A stretch of DNA of 63,995 nucleotides, filler included, from Stramenopiles sp. TOSAG23-2 (Eukaryota), in NCBI GenBank assembly GCA_900128395.1. It is 7 parts of 7 records of this genome, joined end to end, with 100 filler letters (N's around TTAATTAATTAA, not from the genome) between each part and the next. Parts side by side here need not be neighbours in the genome. Positions count along the whole stretch, not along the records: positions 27,843 to 55,552 come from LT649412.1; positions 55,653 to 57,242 come from LT652642.1; positions 57,343 to 58,931 come from LT652643.1; positions 59,032 to 60,619 come from LT652644.1; positions 60,720 to 62,307 come from LT652645.1; positions 62,408 to 63,995 come from LT652646.1; 1 more part is not named here. One strand, given 5' to 3'. Positions 51,262 through 62,708 of the stretch are shown here, one piece after another. Within the stretch, counting starts at the first letter, position 1. Each line of letters begins with the position of its first letter. The notes beneath the pieces are model-generated. The model saw only the letters and a program-made list of their open reading frames with translations. It ran no database searches and was not told the origin of the DNA. The position numbers and the translations under genes are program-made.

Positions 51262-53337
51262 TTATTTACCATTACTTAATTTTAATGATAGACATGTGAC
51301 AACACGTCTTAATTGATTCAACTCGATGTATTGAAATGGTTTTGCTTCTTTACATAATCTATGGCAAACATATTCACAATATTCTTGTATGTACATCTTC
51401 ATTGGAAGGTCATCTGGTTTTGGTATAATTGGCAATTGGACTTCTAAACAACGCAATTGACCTGGTGGTAAATGTTTATCCCGATATTGCAATGCAATAC
51501 ATGGAACCGGTTTAATTTTACCAGCAACTAATACTGCTTCTATTTGATCTGGATTGTTGTTATTATCATCATCATCATGACTGTTATTATTCATACTACC
51601 AGACGATGTTTGCTTATTAACATTATCACCATTGCTGTTTACATCATTTATATTTGATACCTTTTTATTCAAATCTTTTGGTGGTGAATTTATTATATGC
51701 AAATTTTGTACACAACGTAAATGAGAATATGGTGATTTAGGTGGTGGCAACCTTGATGAACGTGTATCTGGTCCTATCTTTTTCGATGGCGTACGTTTAG
51801 AACGTATCAATTTAATTGGACCTTTTGATTGCATCGTCGAAGTTATTCTATCTTTTGAATTGTTTTTTCCATTGTTTCTTGTTTGGAACAAACGTTGAGT
51901 ATTCATATTAGCAGTAGTAGTATGTTTCGATATAATTTCCCCGTCTTCCTCTACTTGTTCTTTTTGTTCTCGTTCATCATAAGATAATGATGATGGACTT
52001 GTTACTAATGGTTCCTTTACATTATGAATAATGTTTGGAGATTTATTTTCATCTTTATTACGACTTTCTTTAAATTTCAACGCTAATTCTCTTTCTTGTT
52101 GTTGATGCGGAGAAGTGGATGGTGAAGGTGCTTGTGACATCGATATCGTAGTACTAGTAGTAGTTCGTTGTCTACGAGTTGTTTTTTCATTCTTACTATT
52201 ACGTTTTATTGCAGGTGATGATACTTTTTTTCCCCTTCTTCTTCTTCTACTACTTGTTGATCGTCTACTACTGCTAGTAGTCGATGTTGTTGTTGGTGTA
52301 CTTTCACGCATCTGAATATTTGTATGTTCATCTTTTTCTTCTACTTTTTCAGTTTCATTTACCTTCTTATTTATATTTTTCTCCTCTTTGTCTTTATCAA
52401 CTCTTTTTCTTTTTTCTTCATCTGTTGTTTTACGCAAATGACGATGTTTTTGTTTGCTTCTACCACTACTGTGATGACGACGTGGATTTTTATTATTACG
52501 TCGATTGTTATTATCATCCACATCTTTGTTCTTCTTGGTAATAGTACTACTACTGTCCTTTGTTTCTCTAAATAATGATGGTGATTTGCCATTTCTATCA
52601 TCGACCTCACTTGTAGTAGTGATTAATGATGCAATCATTTCATCACCTGGATGCCATTTATATGGTGTTCTACCAGAACGGGGTGGACTACCAGCTGGTG
52701 GTTTAGGATTCAAATTATTATTATTATACGTACTTGAATTTTCTAACGCATTTTCTTGGTCTGCTTGTTGTTGCTGTGCTTTGCTAAGTTCCGTTAAAAA
52801 CGTTGATGCTTTTTTATTTTCTATATTTCGAATTTTTTCTTCAACAAATTCTTTGTAGTTGTCACCATCAGCACCTCTTTTTGATGCTCTGGTTGGTGAC
52901 GGTGTTGTTAACACTTCCCATATAGTGTTGTGTACATGAGATAATTTTTGTATACAACGTAAATGTGAATAATGTTTATCAGGTAATAATTCTGATTCAA
53001 CACTATCATTCGATGATGATAATGGTGACGATGGTTTATTCTCGCTAAAGCCATTGTTTGAAGATTCTATCGAAGTATCTATACTTTGTTGTTGTTGTTT
53101 CTTTTTCTTTTTTCGTTTGATATCGTTTCTTGGTGTATGAAACATCTCGTTATTTTCTTCTTCCACTACCTCTTTTTTTAAAATATTAGCTCTATTTTTT
53201 TTACTAGATGATTTTAAATATTTATTTTTTTTATTCATTTTTTTTCTAGAGCTGGTATCGTAATTACCATTTTTTGACGATGATAATAATACATTTGGTA
53301 GCGCATTATCTGCTGTATGAGAGGCAGCAAATTCCAT
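51262..53337 (-). CDS. Hypothetical disordered protein with a duplicated YSHLRCxQxL motif and a small globular C-terminus
   Basis: Intact 691-aa ORF. Confidence 0.8.
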   Translation of the reverse strand: MEFAASHTADNALPNVLLSSSKNGNYDTSSRKKMNKKNKYLKSSSKKNRANILKKEVVEEENNEMFHTPRNDIKRKKKKKQQQQSIDTSIESSNNGFSENKPSSPLSSSNDSVESELLPDKHYSHLRCIQKLSHVHNTIWEVLTTPSPTRASKRGADGDNYKEFVEEKIRNIENKKASTFLTELSKAQQQQADQENALENSSTYNNNNLNPKPPAGSPPRSGRTPYKWHPGDEMIASLITTTSEVDDRNGKSPSLFRETKDSSSTITKKNKDVDDNNNRRNNKNPRRHHSSGRSKQKHRHLRKTTDEEKRKRVDKDKEEKNINKKVNETEKVEEKDEHTNIQMRESTPTTTSTTSSSRRSTSSRRRRRGKKVSSPAIKRNSKNEKTTRRQRTTTSTTISMSQAPSPSTSPHQQQERELALKFKESRNKDENKSPNIIHNVKEPLVTSPSSLSYDEREQKEQVEEDGEIISKHTTTANMNTQRLFQTRNNGKNNSKDRITSTMQSKGPIKLIRSKRTPSKKIGPDTRSSRLPPPKSPYSHLRCVQNLHIINSPPKDLNKKVSNINDVNSNGDNVNKQTSSGSMNNNSHDDDDNNNNPDQIEAVLVAGKIKPVPCIALQYRDKHLPPGQLRCLEVQLPIIPKPDDLPMKMYIQEYCEYVCHRLCKEAKPFQYIELNQLRRVVTCLSLKLSNGK

Positions 53338-53718
53338 CTTTTGATTTAATTTTGTTGTCTGTTTGTTTGTCCCTCCTTTCCCTTTTTATAATTCTATATT
53401 CGATATATCTATCTATATATATATATTGATTCATCTTCAATTTGTTGTTTTTGTTGTGAAAAAAAATGAAGATTGAAATCGATTTTTACCTATCAAATGA
53501 TTCATGATTTATACTTTAATGGGACATTAAAATACAAATAGCATGGACACAGCATGTCAAGACGGAGCGAGTTTTCAAAAAAAAAAACGACAAAAAAATG
53601 TTGGTGCTAAGAAAAGCGCGTGCATTGTATTTACCTGCTAGAGGCATCGATTTTCTACCTTGACGGATGAAGGATGAAAACCTCCTCAAAAACATCGGGG
53701 CTCAATAAGTTAAAGTAT

Positions 53719-53833
53719 AGATTTAGTAGTATAAGGATAGATATTTGATAGGTAGATCTTTGGATAATAAGTTATAAGATTTAGTAGTATAAGGATAGAT
53801 ATTTGATAGGTAGATCTTTGGATAATAAGTTAT
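53719..53833. repeat. 58-bp tandem duplication
   Basis: AGATTTAGTAGTATAAGGATAG..GATAATAAGTTAT at 53719 and 53777. Confidence 0.95.
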
Positions 53834-54578
53834 TAAGTTCATAAGTTCATATATAAAAAAAAGCAATCAATCAAGTTATGGGGAGCTAGTGTGGTGTTAG
53901 TTAATAAAATTGCTGGTACAAACCCAATTGGTAGTGTCCTATTAGTAACCACACATTTTTCTTTTTAACTCGTGAAACTGACCGGGGATCAGATCTCTTC
54001 AATCATGCAATCATCTCTCTCTCTCCTTTATTATACGTCATTTAAATCTGCTACGCATTTATCAATAGTAGTCAACTTAAATAAGATATCAGTAGGTTCA
54101 CAGAGTTGCCGGCGCATTATACGGGAATGTAATTTTGTTTTGTGACTAGCCGCAACACATTTAATTGTGTTATCATGATAATATGAACTACCTTCGTTGT
54201 CAATCACACAATACATCTCACCGCATTTCCACATTTCCTTTGCAAGGTAAGGTTGGTTGTATCGGCCGTGAGTCGCATTGTGCTTCTTCGTTACATTAAA
54301 GTGTCCATGTTGACGGAGGAAGAAATTATATCATTATCACACATACCATTTTGGGATTATCATAATTTAGATAGGGAAGAAGAAATAACGAAGAGAGTGT
54401 TGGAAAATAAGAATAAGAAAGATGATGATAAGGAAAATTGTAAAGGTGTAATTTATAAAAAATGCGATGAATACAATGTGGTAGTGTGAGTGATTATATA
54501 AAAATTTTCTCTTACTCATGTATTTTGCCAGTTTGCAAAAAAAAAACCAAAAAAAAAAAAATAAAAGCTGTTGGTGCT

Positions 54579-54760
54579 GGGCCAGCCAGGCCAGCCCAGC
54601 CAGCCCTAAATGCACAAATGGACGACTACAGGACAGCTGGACAGGACAGGATTATAAAAGGCCAGCTGCCGTATTATATAATATGTAAAATCGTAAAATC
54701 TATAAATCTCGCTGTCCAGCTGTCCTTAGGCCTGTGGCACTCTGTGCTCTGTGCTCTGTG
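54579..54760. repeat. GC-rich stutter repeats (CCAGC, GGACAG, CTCTGTG) upstream of SRP9
   Basis: Read directly; GGACAGCTGGACAG-like strings recur at 58625-58708. Confidence 0.75.
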
Positions 54761-55158
54761 ATTATGATATAATGTAATAATGATAATAATAATTCATAAT
54801 ACTTTTGGTATAGTTATTAGTATACTGGTATATAGAAATGTCTACTATTTCTTCTTTTCCCAACAAACTACTTCCATCATCCATCACCATTAAAAAACAC
54901 ACATTTGTTGTAATAATAATTCTAAATAATAAATATTTATACATCGATCGATATTTATTTAATGAGAAGAATCGTAGAAACAATATAAAATAGATATCAT
55001 AACATTATATACATCAAAATAATAATTTTCCGGTTGCTGCTGTATATATATATAGATATAATAACATTCAGTGGGACATATTGTAAAATAAAAAAGAAAA
55101 TATACAAACACGAGGTGGTATAATAAATAATAGTAAATTAAAGAAAAGGGATAGAAAA

Positions 55159-55392
55159 ATGGTGTATATACGTGAATTTGATAGTTTTGTAGCACAAGCA
55201 AAAACATTATATGAACAAAATCCAAGTAAAGTTAGATATTCAATGAAATATCGACATTGTGATGGTATGATTGTATTAAAGATAACAGATGATAAGAAAT
55301 GTTTAAAGTATCAAACAGAGAAAGCAGAAGATTTAAAACGTGTGGAAGAGTTTAATTTAAATATTATGGGTACAATGGCAACACCGAAATAA
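55159..55392 (+). CDS. SRP9: Signal recognition particle 9-kDa subunit
   Basis: MVYI..F..F..A..LY..P..VRYSMKYRHCDG..VLKITDD..CLKYQT. Confidence 0.96.
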   Translation: MVYIREFDSFVAQAKTLYEQNPSKVRYSMKYRHCDGMIVLKITDDKKCLKYQTEKAEDLKRVEEFNLNIMGTMATPK

Positions 55393-55552
55393 TAAATGTT
55401 ACATATCCAACACAAAATAAAAATATTATATAAAATATCGTGAATAAAACTTTATATATAATAATTTACACGCACAATTTATTGTTTTAATTTACTCATG
55501 ATAATTCCTACTCTTCAAAAGAATACAATAACTGAAATAATCTATCTCACAC

Positions 55553-55652
55553 NNNNNNNNNNNNNNNNNNNNNNNNNNNNNNNNNNNNNNNNNNNNTTAA
55601 TTAATTAANNNNNNNNNNNNNNNNNNNNNNNNNNNNNNNNNNNNNNNNNNNN
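55553..55652. other. Artificial contig spacer
   Basis: N44-TTAATTAATTAA-N44. Confidence 0.98.
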
Positions 55653-56284
55653 CCGATTATTTAATTGAATTGCATATAATAAACGTTGTTTTTCTTTTCC
55701 ATATATATACTATATTACTATATTGTATCTTTCAAAATGTTTTTATATTTTTTGATATATATTTTTGTTTTGTAAAATAATAATAATAGATAGCTGGATA
55801 GCAATCTGGCAATCCTGGCAATGCACCAATAATCGGTGTTGTGCAATCTGGCAATCCAGCAATCTGGCAATATTTTAATAGCAACTTAAAACTGCAATAG
55901 TACCAGGTAATCTGGCTAAGGCTGGTACAAGTTGTAATGTGCTAAGTACTCATAATGTGCTAATAAATAATTTTTTGGCCTTTTTTTTACTACTTGGTAT
56001 ATTACCTTACTAAGCTAGCTAGCCCAGCTAGCAGCTAGCTCTAATATCTGATTTGTAATGTGGTATTATTAAATTACTACCTGATAGCGTTGCGGTAAAT
56101 TTAGCATGCACATAGAATTGTTTTGTTTATTAAAATAATTAGAATAAAACTTATGCACTTTTATAGAGCTCCATATCCAGTAGAGAGGATCCGCTCTACC
56201 ATCCAGGAGCTATTAAAAAAAAAGCAGAGATGTGTTAATTAATCCATATCCTGTGCTATTATTTTAGTCAATCTTTCTCTCTCC

Positions 56285-56486
56285 AACCCCACTTCTCCCT
56301 AGCTACACCTCTTCGGTAAGCACTTCTGCATCTGGTTTTGCGGTATAATATGGTCCATTTTTCAATACACTTAAAATAGCTTCTTAACCCCACTTCTCCC
56401 TAGCTACACCTCTTCGGTAAGCACTTCTGCATCTGGTTTTGCGGTATAATATGGTCCATTTTTCAATACACTTAAAATAGCTTCTT
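56285..56486. repeat. Perfect 101-bp tandem duplication of the PSMD5-like 3' end, including the stop codon
   Basis: Copies start at 56285 and 56386. Confidence 0.95.
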
Positions 56487-57242
56487 TCAATTCTTCACGT
56501 AATAAATTCCAACCATCGACATTGCTTCTTACATTTTGTAACATGACAAATTTCCATTGTTTACTAACATATGTACTTTCAGCACGTGTATCTAATACAT
56601 AATCTTCAAATTGTTTGTAACTGAGTAAAATGCGTACACCCCATACAGTTGTTAAAATAGCACAAAATAAATCTAAGATACCATGTTTTGTTTCAACAAA
56701 TGGCTTTGATAAATGCCCTAATAATCCATCAACAGTATTGCTAATGCCACTATTAGCACCAATACGTTCATATAATAATTTACCTCGTTCTGAATTTAAT
56801 TTTGCATGACGGAAAATATCAGCAAGTGTATGAAATGCTACTCCGCGAAAATCATTATTTGCACATGCTGTCCAAGTCAAAATAGTTTCTATGCATGTAT
56901 GATGGTTATAAACAACCCATGCATTATCATATGACCCTTGAACAAAATATCGTATAACATGTAATGCTATCATGGCTAATTGTGCATCTTCGGAGCTATA
57001 ATTCCTCATTATATTAACAGCTGCTAACATAAATATTGCAATTTTATCATTTCGTATTTTTACCAACTCCGCATCTTGTAAATCTTCTTCTGCTAATTGT
57101 GTTGTACATATAAAACCAAGCAATTCAATAGCACCACTCCATAATAGTGGCTGTACAATAGCTTCTTTATTTCCCCCATTATCATTACTATCATTATTAC
57201 TACCGAAGGATACACCTAATATTTCAAACAATCTTTCACAAT
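56404..57242 (-). CDS. PSMD5: 26S proteasome assembly chaperone S5b/Hsm3-like, 5'-truncated by contig end
   Basis: Helical repeats; PFVE, WG..LL...FEDYVLD..E....KQWKF and GPYY resemble the PSMD5 C-terminus; frame is open to the gap. Confidence 0.7.
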
Positions 57243-57342
57243 NNNNNNNNNNNNNNNNNNNNNNNNNNNNNNNNNNNNNNNNNNNNTTAATTAATTAANN
57301 NNNNNNNNNNNNNNNNNNNNNNNNNNNNNNNNNNNNNNNNNN
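57243..57342. other. Artificial contig spacer
   Basis: N44-TTAATTAATTAA-N44. Confidence 0.98.
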
Positions 57343-58011
57343 ATGTTGTATTTGTAAGAAAACACAATGAAATAGAGTTGATCTATATCTAAATCTTATT
57401 CTCGTCTATAATGTAATTATTTATATTCTAGAATTAAATATTATTTTTTGAATTGAAAAAAAAAGCACAACCCCTGGACAACATTAACATAATACAAGTA
57501 CAAAAAAAAAAAAGAAGAAGAAGAAGAACAAGGAAGAAGTGCACAACTGGACAACCTATACTCATGAAAATCAAAAAAAAATGTTGTTGGGAGAGATCTA
57601 ATATTCCATATTAGTGCTGTGTCTATACTATATAGAAAACCTAAAACATACACGAAAATAATAATTACTTGTTGATTGAAATTAATCGTTATCCTGGTGG
57701 TCAGATCTTTTAAGATATTCTTGGACTATGGCACATTTCTTTTTTAATCATTCATCAAATACATGTAGTGTATTAATAATAATCAACTACATGTATCATT
57801 TTCATAGTTAAACTCAACATTATTAATCAGCTCAAATTATAAATAGCTTCAATCTTAGATAATTTCTCTTCAACATAAAAAGCATAATTTTTTAATACTA
57901 ATCTATCAACATTTTTACTTTTAGATGTACCATGCTTTACTTTGCCTCCTAAAAAACACCATGAATTGCAATGATCTAAACTAATTTTTAATTTGTAATC
58001 AACGATACAAA

Positions 58012-58560
58012 GAAAAATTGAAAACTGAAGTTAATGAGCTTGAAAATAATTTAAAAAGTATTACTGCTTCTCATTCAGAAAAATTAAAGTCTGAGAAAAA
58101 AAAATTTGATGAGGTAACAGGTGCAAAAAGAAAGATAGAGGCTGAGTTTGACACATACAAGAAGGAATATGATAAAGAAGCCAAAAGCCCGGCACGATCC
58201 AAAATCGAGGATCGTCGGAATTATCTTGGCTTATGAAAGAAGTCATGATTGTAAATGACATTGAAGAAGAAGATTGCAACATAATAGAGCTTGGGGCTAG
58301 AAGGATGGACCAAGTGAGAAATAACAAAAATAGCTTTCCAATGGCTAGTCATTTTGGGTACAAGTACAAAAATTTTTTGAATTTTTCTATGTACAATCAA
58401 GAGGCAACAGACCTTTCACTAATGGAACTGGATGAACTCATATGGAGGAAAAAAAAATTGTATTATACAACACAAAGGCAGCAGAAGTTGGAAAGAACCA
58501 TATAATTAAAGAGTTGGAAAAAAAAGCCAACCAAGAAAAGCAAAATTCAACATTAGCAAA
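58012..58560 (+). pseudogene. Frameshifted coiled-coil coding fragments
   Basis: Three successive overlapping protein-like frames (58018, 58233, 58442) after an acceptor-like CTAA..AAG; no recognised family. Confidence 0.3.
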
Positions 58561-58870
58561 AAATTTTTTTGTTTTTTGTAAAAAAACTTGGATTTTTTCC
58601 CTAAAAAAATTTTGTTGTGTTTGCCGGACCAGGACACAGCTGGACAGCCTGGACAGCCGCCACCAGGCCGCCAGCCCAGCCGACAGCCTGGACAGCCAGA
58701 CGACAGCACATTTAAAAATGAATAATGACTCCTCCTCCCTCGAACGAAGAAAGATGATTATAAATACTGTAATATCATAAATATGATATTATACATATAT
58801 GCGCGTGTATGTGTTTATATGTTATTATATACATACATACATACACAACCATTCATTTCATTCAATAAAT

Positions 58871-58931
58871 ATGGCGACGTCATATTATCCACTTGGATCG
58901 GCAGCAGCGAAAAAAGCATATCAAGCAGTTA
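58871..58931 (+). CDS. Probable 5' end of a gene cut by the contig end (MATSYYPLGSAAAKKAYQAV)
   Basis: A-rich context plus ATG, shift to coding-like composition, open to the gap. Confidence 0.45.
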
Positions 58932-59031
58932 NNNNNNNNNNNNNNNNNNNNNNNNNNNNNNNNNNNNNNNNNNNNTTAATTAATTAANNNNNNNNNNNNN
59001 NNNNNNNNNNNNNNNNNNNNNNNNNNNNNNN
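58932..59031. other. Artificial contig spacer
   Basis: N44-TTAATTAATTAA-N44. Confidence 0.98.
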
Positions 59032-59141
59032 TATACACATTTACACATTCAGGATAGTTTCTACCCTATATATACATATTTTAATTCAATATCCAAATAA
59101 AATCTGCTATAAATATCTAAAATAAAAAACTAATAAACAAA

Positions 59142-60488
59142 ATGGATTCGGTAATAGATTTTAATGATCCAAATTCATATGTACCATTATTAGCTGCTGC
59201 AATGTTTGGTGCGGTTACCATGGCTGTTCTTCAGATGGTAATCTCTAATTCGTCGATTACTCAAAAATCTGTCACTTCACCATCTGTTTCAAAAGATATG
59301 GATAAAATCAAAAAATCTGTATCATCAAAGAAGGCTAGCGATGGAGATGATCAACTATCAAAATTTGCCGGTTCAAAAGCTGAAGCGCTAATGAAGGATT
59401 GGTTAGATTCGAAGCAAACAACTAAAGATGACAGAAAGTTTTTTTCGAAAGTTTTCAATATTTTAGCAAAAGAAATTGAAGAAGATATGATTGCTAATTT
59501 TGAATCACCAAAAGACGCTGTACAATGGGTGAAAAAGTTAATGAAGCATTCTGTACCAGGCGGCAAAATGAATCGTGGATTGACTGTTGTACATACTACA
59601 CGAACATGTGCACAAGGAAGATCATTGACGCCAAAAGAATTATATGATGCTGCTGTACTTGGTTGGTGTGTTGAGTGGTTACAAGCATTTTTTCTTGTAG
59701 CAGATGATGTAATGGATTCATCTTTAACCAGGCGTGGAAAAAATTGTTGGTACAGGCTTGATGGAGTTGGCAATTGCGCGATTAATGATTCATTTATATT
59801 AGAATCTCATATCTACAGATGTTTAAGAAAACACTTTAAAAATAGTAAATCTGATGATGGGTCTAATAAATATATGAAGATTATTGATTTATTCCACGAA
59901 GTTACATATCAAACTGAACTTGGACAATTATTAGATCTGACAACACAACCATTGCCCCCTGCAATTCCAGATTTAAAAAAGTTTACGTTAAAACGGCATG
60001 CAGAAATTGTTAAATATAAAACAGCGTTCTATTCATTTTATTTACCAGTTGCATTGGGCCTTACACTTGGTAATATTGAAGATGAATCTGCATTTGAACA
60101 AGCTTTGGAAATATGTTTGGTAATGGGTGAATATTTTCAAGTACAAGATGATTATTTGGATTGTTACGGTTCTCCGGAAGTGATTGGTAAAATTGGAACG
60201 GATATTAAAGATTGTAAATGTTCATGGTTAGTTGTGAATGCAAAGAATAAATGCACCCGTAGTCAAAAGCGTATTTTAGAAGAACATTATGGCAAAGGTG
60301 ATAATGAAGGAAGTGAGAAAGCTATTAAAAAGCTATATAATGAGTTACAGTTAGAGAATGATTTTGAAGGTTATGAGGAAAGTAGTTATCGTACAATTGT
60401 TGATTTAATTGAGCAAGTTGATGAAAATGTAATGCCAAAAGAAATATTTAATCAATTGTTGAAAAAAATTTATAAAAGAAAATTATAA
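59142..60488 (+). CDS. FDPS: Farnesyl diphosphate synthase with hydrophobic N-terminal extension
   Basis: GGKMNRG, FARM AFFLVADDVMD, GQLLDL, YKTAFYSF, SARM FQVQDDYLD, GKIGTDI and C-terminal KIYKR. Confidence 0.96.
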   Translation: MDSVIDFNDPNSYVPLLAAAMFGAVTMAVLQMVISNSSITQKSVTSPSVSKDMDKIKKSVSSKKASDGDDQLSKFAGSKAEALMKDWLDSKQTTKDDRKFFSKVFNILAKEIEEDMIANFESPKDAVQWVKKLMKHSVPGGKMNRGLTVVHTTRTCAQGRSLTPKELYDAAVLGWCVEWLQAFFLVADDVMDSSLTRRGKNCWYRLDGVGNCAINDSFILESHIYRCLRKHFKNSKSDDGSNKYMKIIDLFHEVTYQTELGQLLDLTTQPLPPAIPDLKKFTLKRHAEIVKYKTAFYSFYLPVALGLTLGNIEDESAFEQALEICLVMGEYFQVQDDYLDCYGSPEVIGKIGTDIKDCKCSWLVVNAKNKCTRSQKRILEEHYGKGDNEGSEKAIKKLYNELQLENDFEGYEESSYRTIVDLIEQVDENVMPKEIFNQLLKKIYKRKL

Positions 60489-60619
60489 AAAAAAAAGAAA
60501 CAAAAATGTATGGTGACGTGATTTGATGATGTCTGGAATGCATTGTTCTCTCACGAAGCTTTCGTGTAATAATAATAGGAAAAAAAATTACGTATGATAC
60601 GACGAACCGGTATCATGCA

Positions 60620-60719
60620 NNNNNNNNNNNNNNNNNNNNNNNNNNNNNNNNNNNNNNNNNNNNTTAATTAATTAANNNNNNNNNNNNNNNNNNNNNNNNN
60701 NNNNNNNNNNNNNNNNNNN
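60620..60719. other. Artificial contig spacer
   Basis: N44-TTAATTAATTAA-N44. Confidence 0.98.
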
Positions 60720-60862
60720 TTATATATTAATAATTGGATTATATACGTGTTTAAAATATGGTATTAACATATAATATTGGTTTACAATCAATTTTATCTC
60801 TCTGCTCGGTAAATGTTAAATAAATTCACTCCTGTCATACATTCTATATGGCATATCTTCAA

Positions 60863-62307
60863 TTAATATATCGACGATCTATTACTGCGTTTCCCCATAG
60901 TCATTGGATTATCTACGAAACTCATCGTTGTTGCACTTCCCCTACTCGAATTGTTTTGACGAACCGCAAGCTCTTCAGACTCCTTTTCTTCTTCTATTAT
61001 TGGAAATATTTGTGCTATCCAGTCCCCAATAGATTGATTTGGTCTTCTACCAGCTGGCTCTGCAATATATGATTTGTCTCTATAACCAAATTCAGAAAGA
61101 TCCACATTTCTTTGTGTAAATTGCAAATCCTTATCTTTTCTAGCTCTTAAATAGGATGTTTGGCTAATATGTACTTTTTCTGGAACACCTTTTTGCCACC
61201 AACCACACCCCCAACGACCGTTCCACTGGCTAATCCTACACGAATACGCAAATCCTTATTCTTAGGACCTTTCCCACGTAGGTTAAAAGCATCATTTAAG
61301 TCTCCCATGACACCATGCATCCCAATGCCAAACTTTGTCAATTTAGCAGCATGATTTGCTATTGGAGCTAAAAGTCCACAAGAGGCTACGTAACAATCAC
61401 CCAGCGTCTTAACTTTATCAACTTCACATCGATCAGCAAGTGCATCGTGTCTGGAAAACATATCATTCAAAATTTCGACTAATTTTTTTGGACGATCTTC
61501 TGGATTGTGTGCCAACACATCAGAGGAAGAAAAAACGGTAAAAGATACGATATCAGCAAATAGAACAGTCCCATATGCATCTATAACTATATTTTTATTT
61601 TCTTTCAGACCTTTAGTAATAACATCGGGTAAAGGCAACATGGCAAGATTCTTCTGTTGTTCTTGTTCACTTTTATCGCTTAAATTTCTAATTTCCTTTG
61701 TCTTTAAGAAACTTTTTCGTGTTGATAAATCAATAGATTTTCCTTGAACCAATGCATGGTAGACGGTTACTATAAATGTAAGCACAAACTCTAAACGATC
61801 TTTTATTTCGTATTGTCTATTACCAATACTCAAATTTATAGGGATCGTAAGTATAATCATGAATATACAAATTGCTGTTACGATATAAACAATTCCATGC
61901 GTCAACAGGGAATATGTATTAAAACCGTATAAAGCGACCAAAAGCATATGGCCAAACCAATAATGGCATTGAAAAAATTGATAGGCAATCACTATTAGAA
62001 TCGTTGCCATAACACCCGTAGTTATGATTTGTTCCCCATGAATCATTATACGTTGCCTTCCGGCAATATATCCCCCCAGTGCCTTCCCGCCAAAACAACA
62101 ACTGTTTGCAATCCTGGTTTTTTCTTCTTCAATAAATTTATCACTGATGGGCTGATAATCCACAGCAGTACTCAATTTAAGCCAAACAACTACGAGGGGA
62201 ATAATTAAAACTATGTTGAGTAAAAGCGCGAAAGATACGTGGCTTTCTAACTTCGGAAAGACCATTGTGTGATTCCTGCTAGACCATGAAAAAAAGACTT
62301 TTTCACC
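60863..62307 (-). pseudogene. Membrane class III (adenylyl-type) cyclase, 5'-truncated by the gap, with a frameshifting internal deletion near 61190
   Basis: VLFADIVSFT, KVKTLGDCY, IRVGLASG.VVGGVVGGKK, then GVPEKVHISQTSY in a different frame; the intervening D(I/V)WGxTVNxASRME segment is absent. Confidence 0.75.
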
Positions 62308-62407
62308 NNNNNNNNNNNNNNNNNNNNNNNNNNNNNNNNNNNNNNNNNNNNTTAATTAATTAANNNNNNNNNNNNNNNNNNNNNNNNNNNNNNNNNNNNN
62401 NNNNNNN
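62308..62407. other. Artificial contig spacer
   Basis: N44-TTAATTAATTAA-N44. Confidence 0.98.
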
Positions 62408-62708
62408 TTGATTGGATGTCAAAAGCTCAATGTTTTGCTGGTCCTCCAGAAACACCACCACCAGCTGGTTCAAGAAGAAAACGTGCAAGTGCAGGTTTGT
62501 AAATAAAAAAACGTACTTCGTAGTACGTACGAAGTATGTAGATACAAATATATTTTACGTATCAAAGTTACAAAAGAAGGAGGTGTTTTTTGACACAGGG
62601 AAAAATATGAAAAAGGTTAAAATACACACCGTTTTATGACTCCGTGCGTGTATTATAATCATACGTCGTTATGATATTAATAATATGATATGCATATCAT
62701 ATAATATT

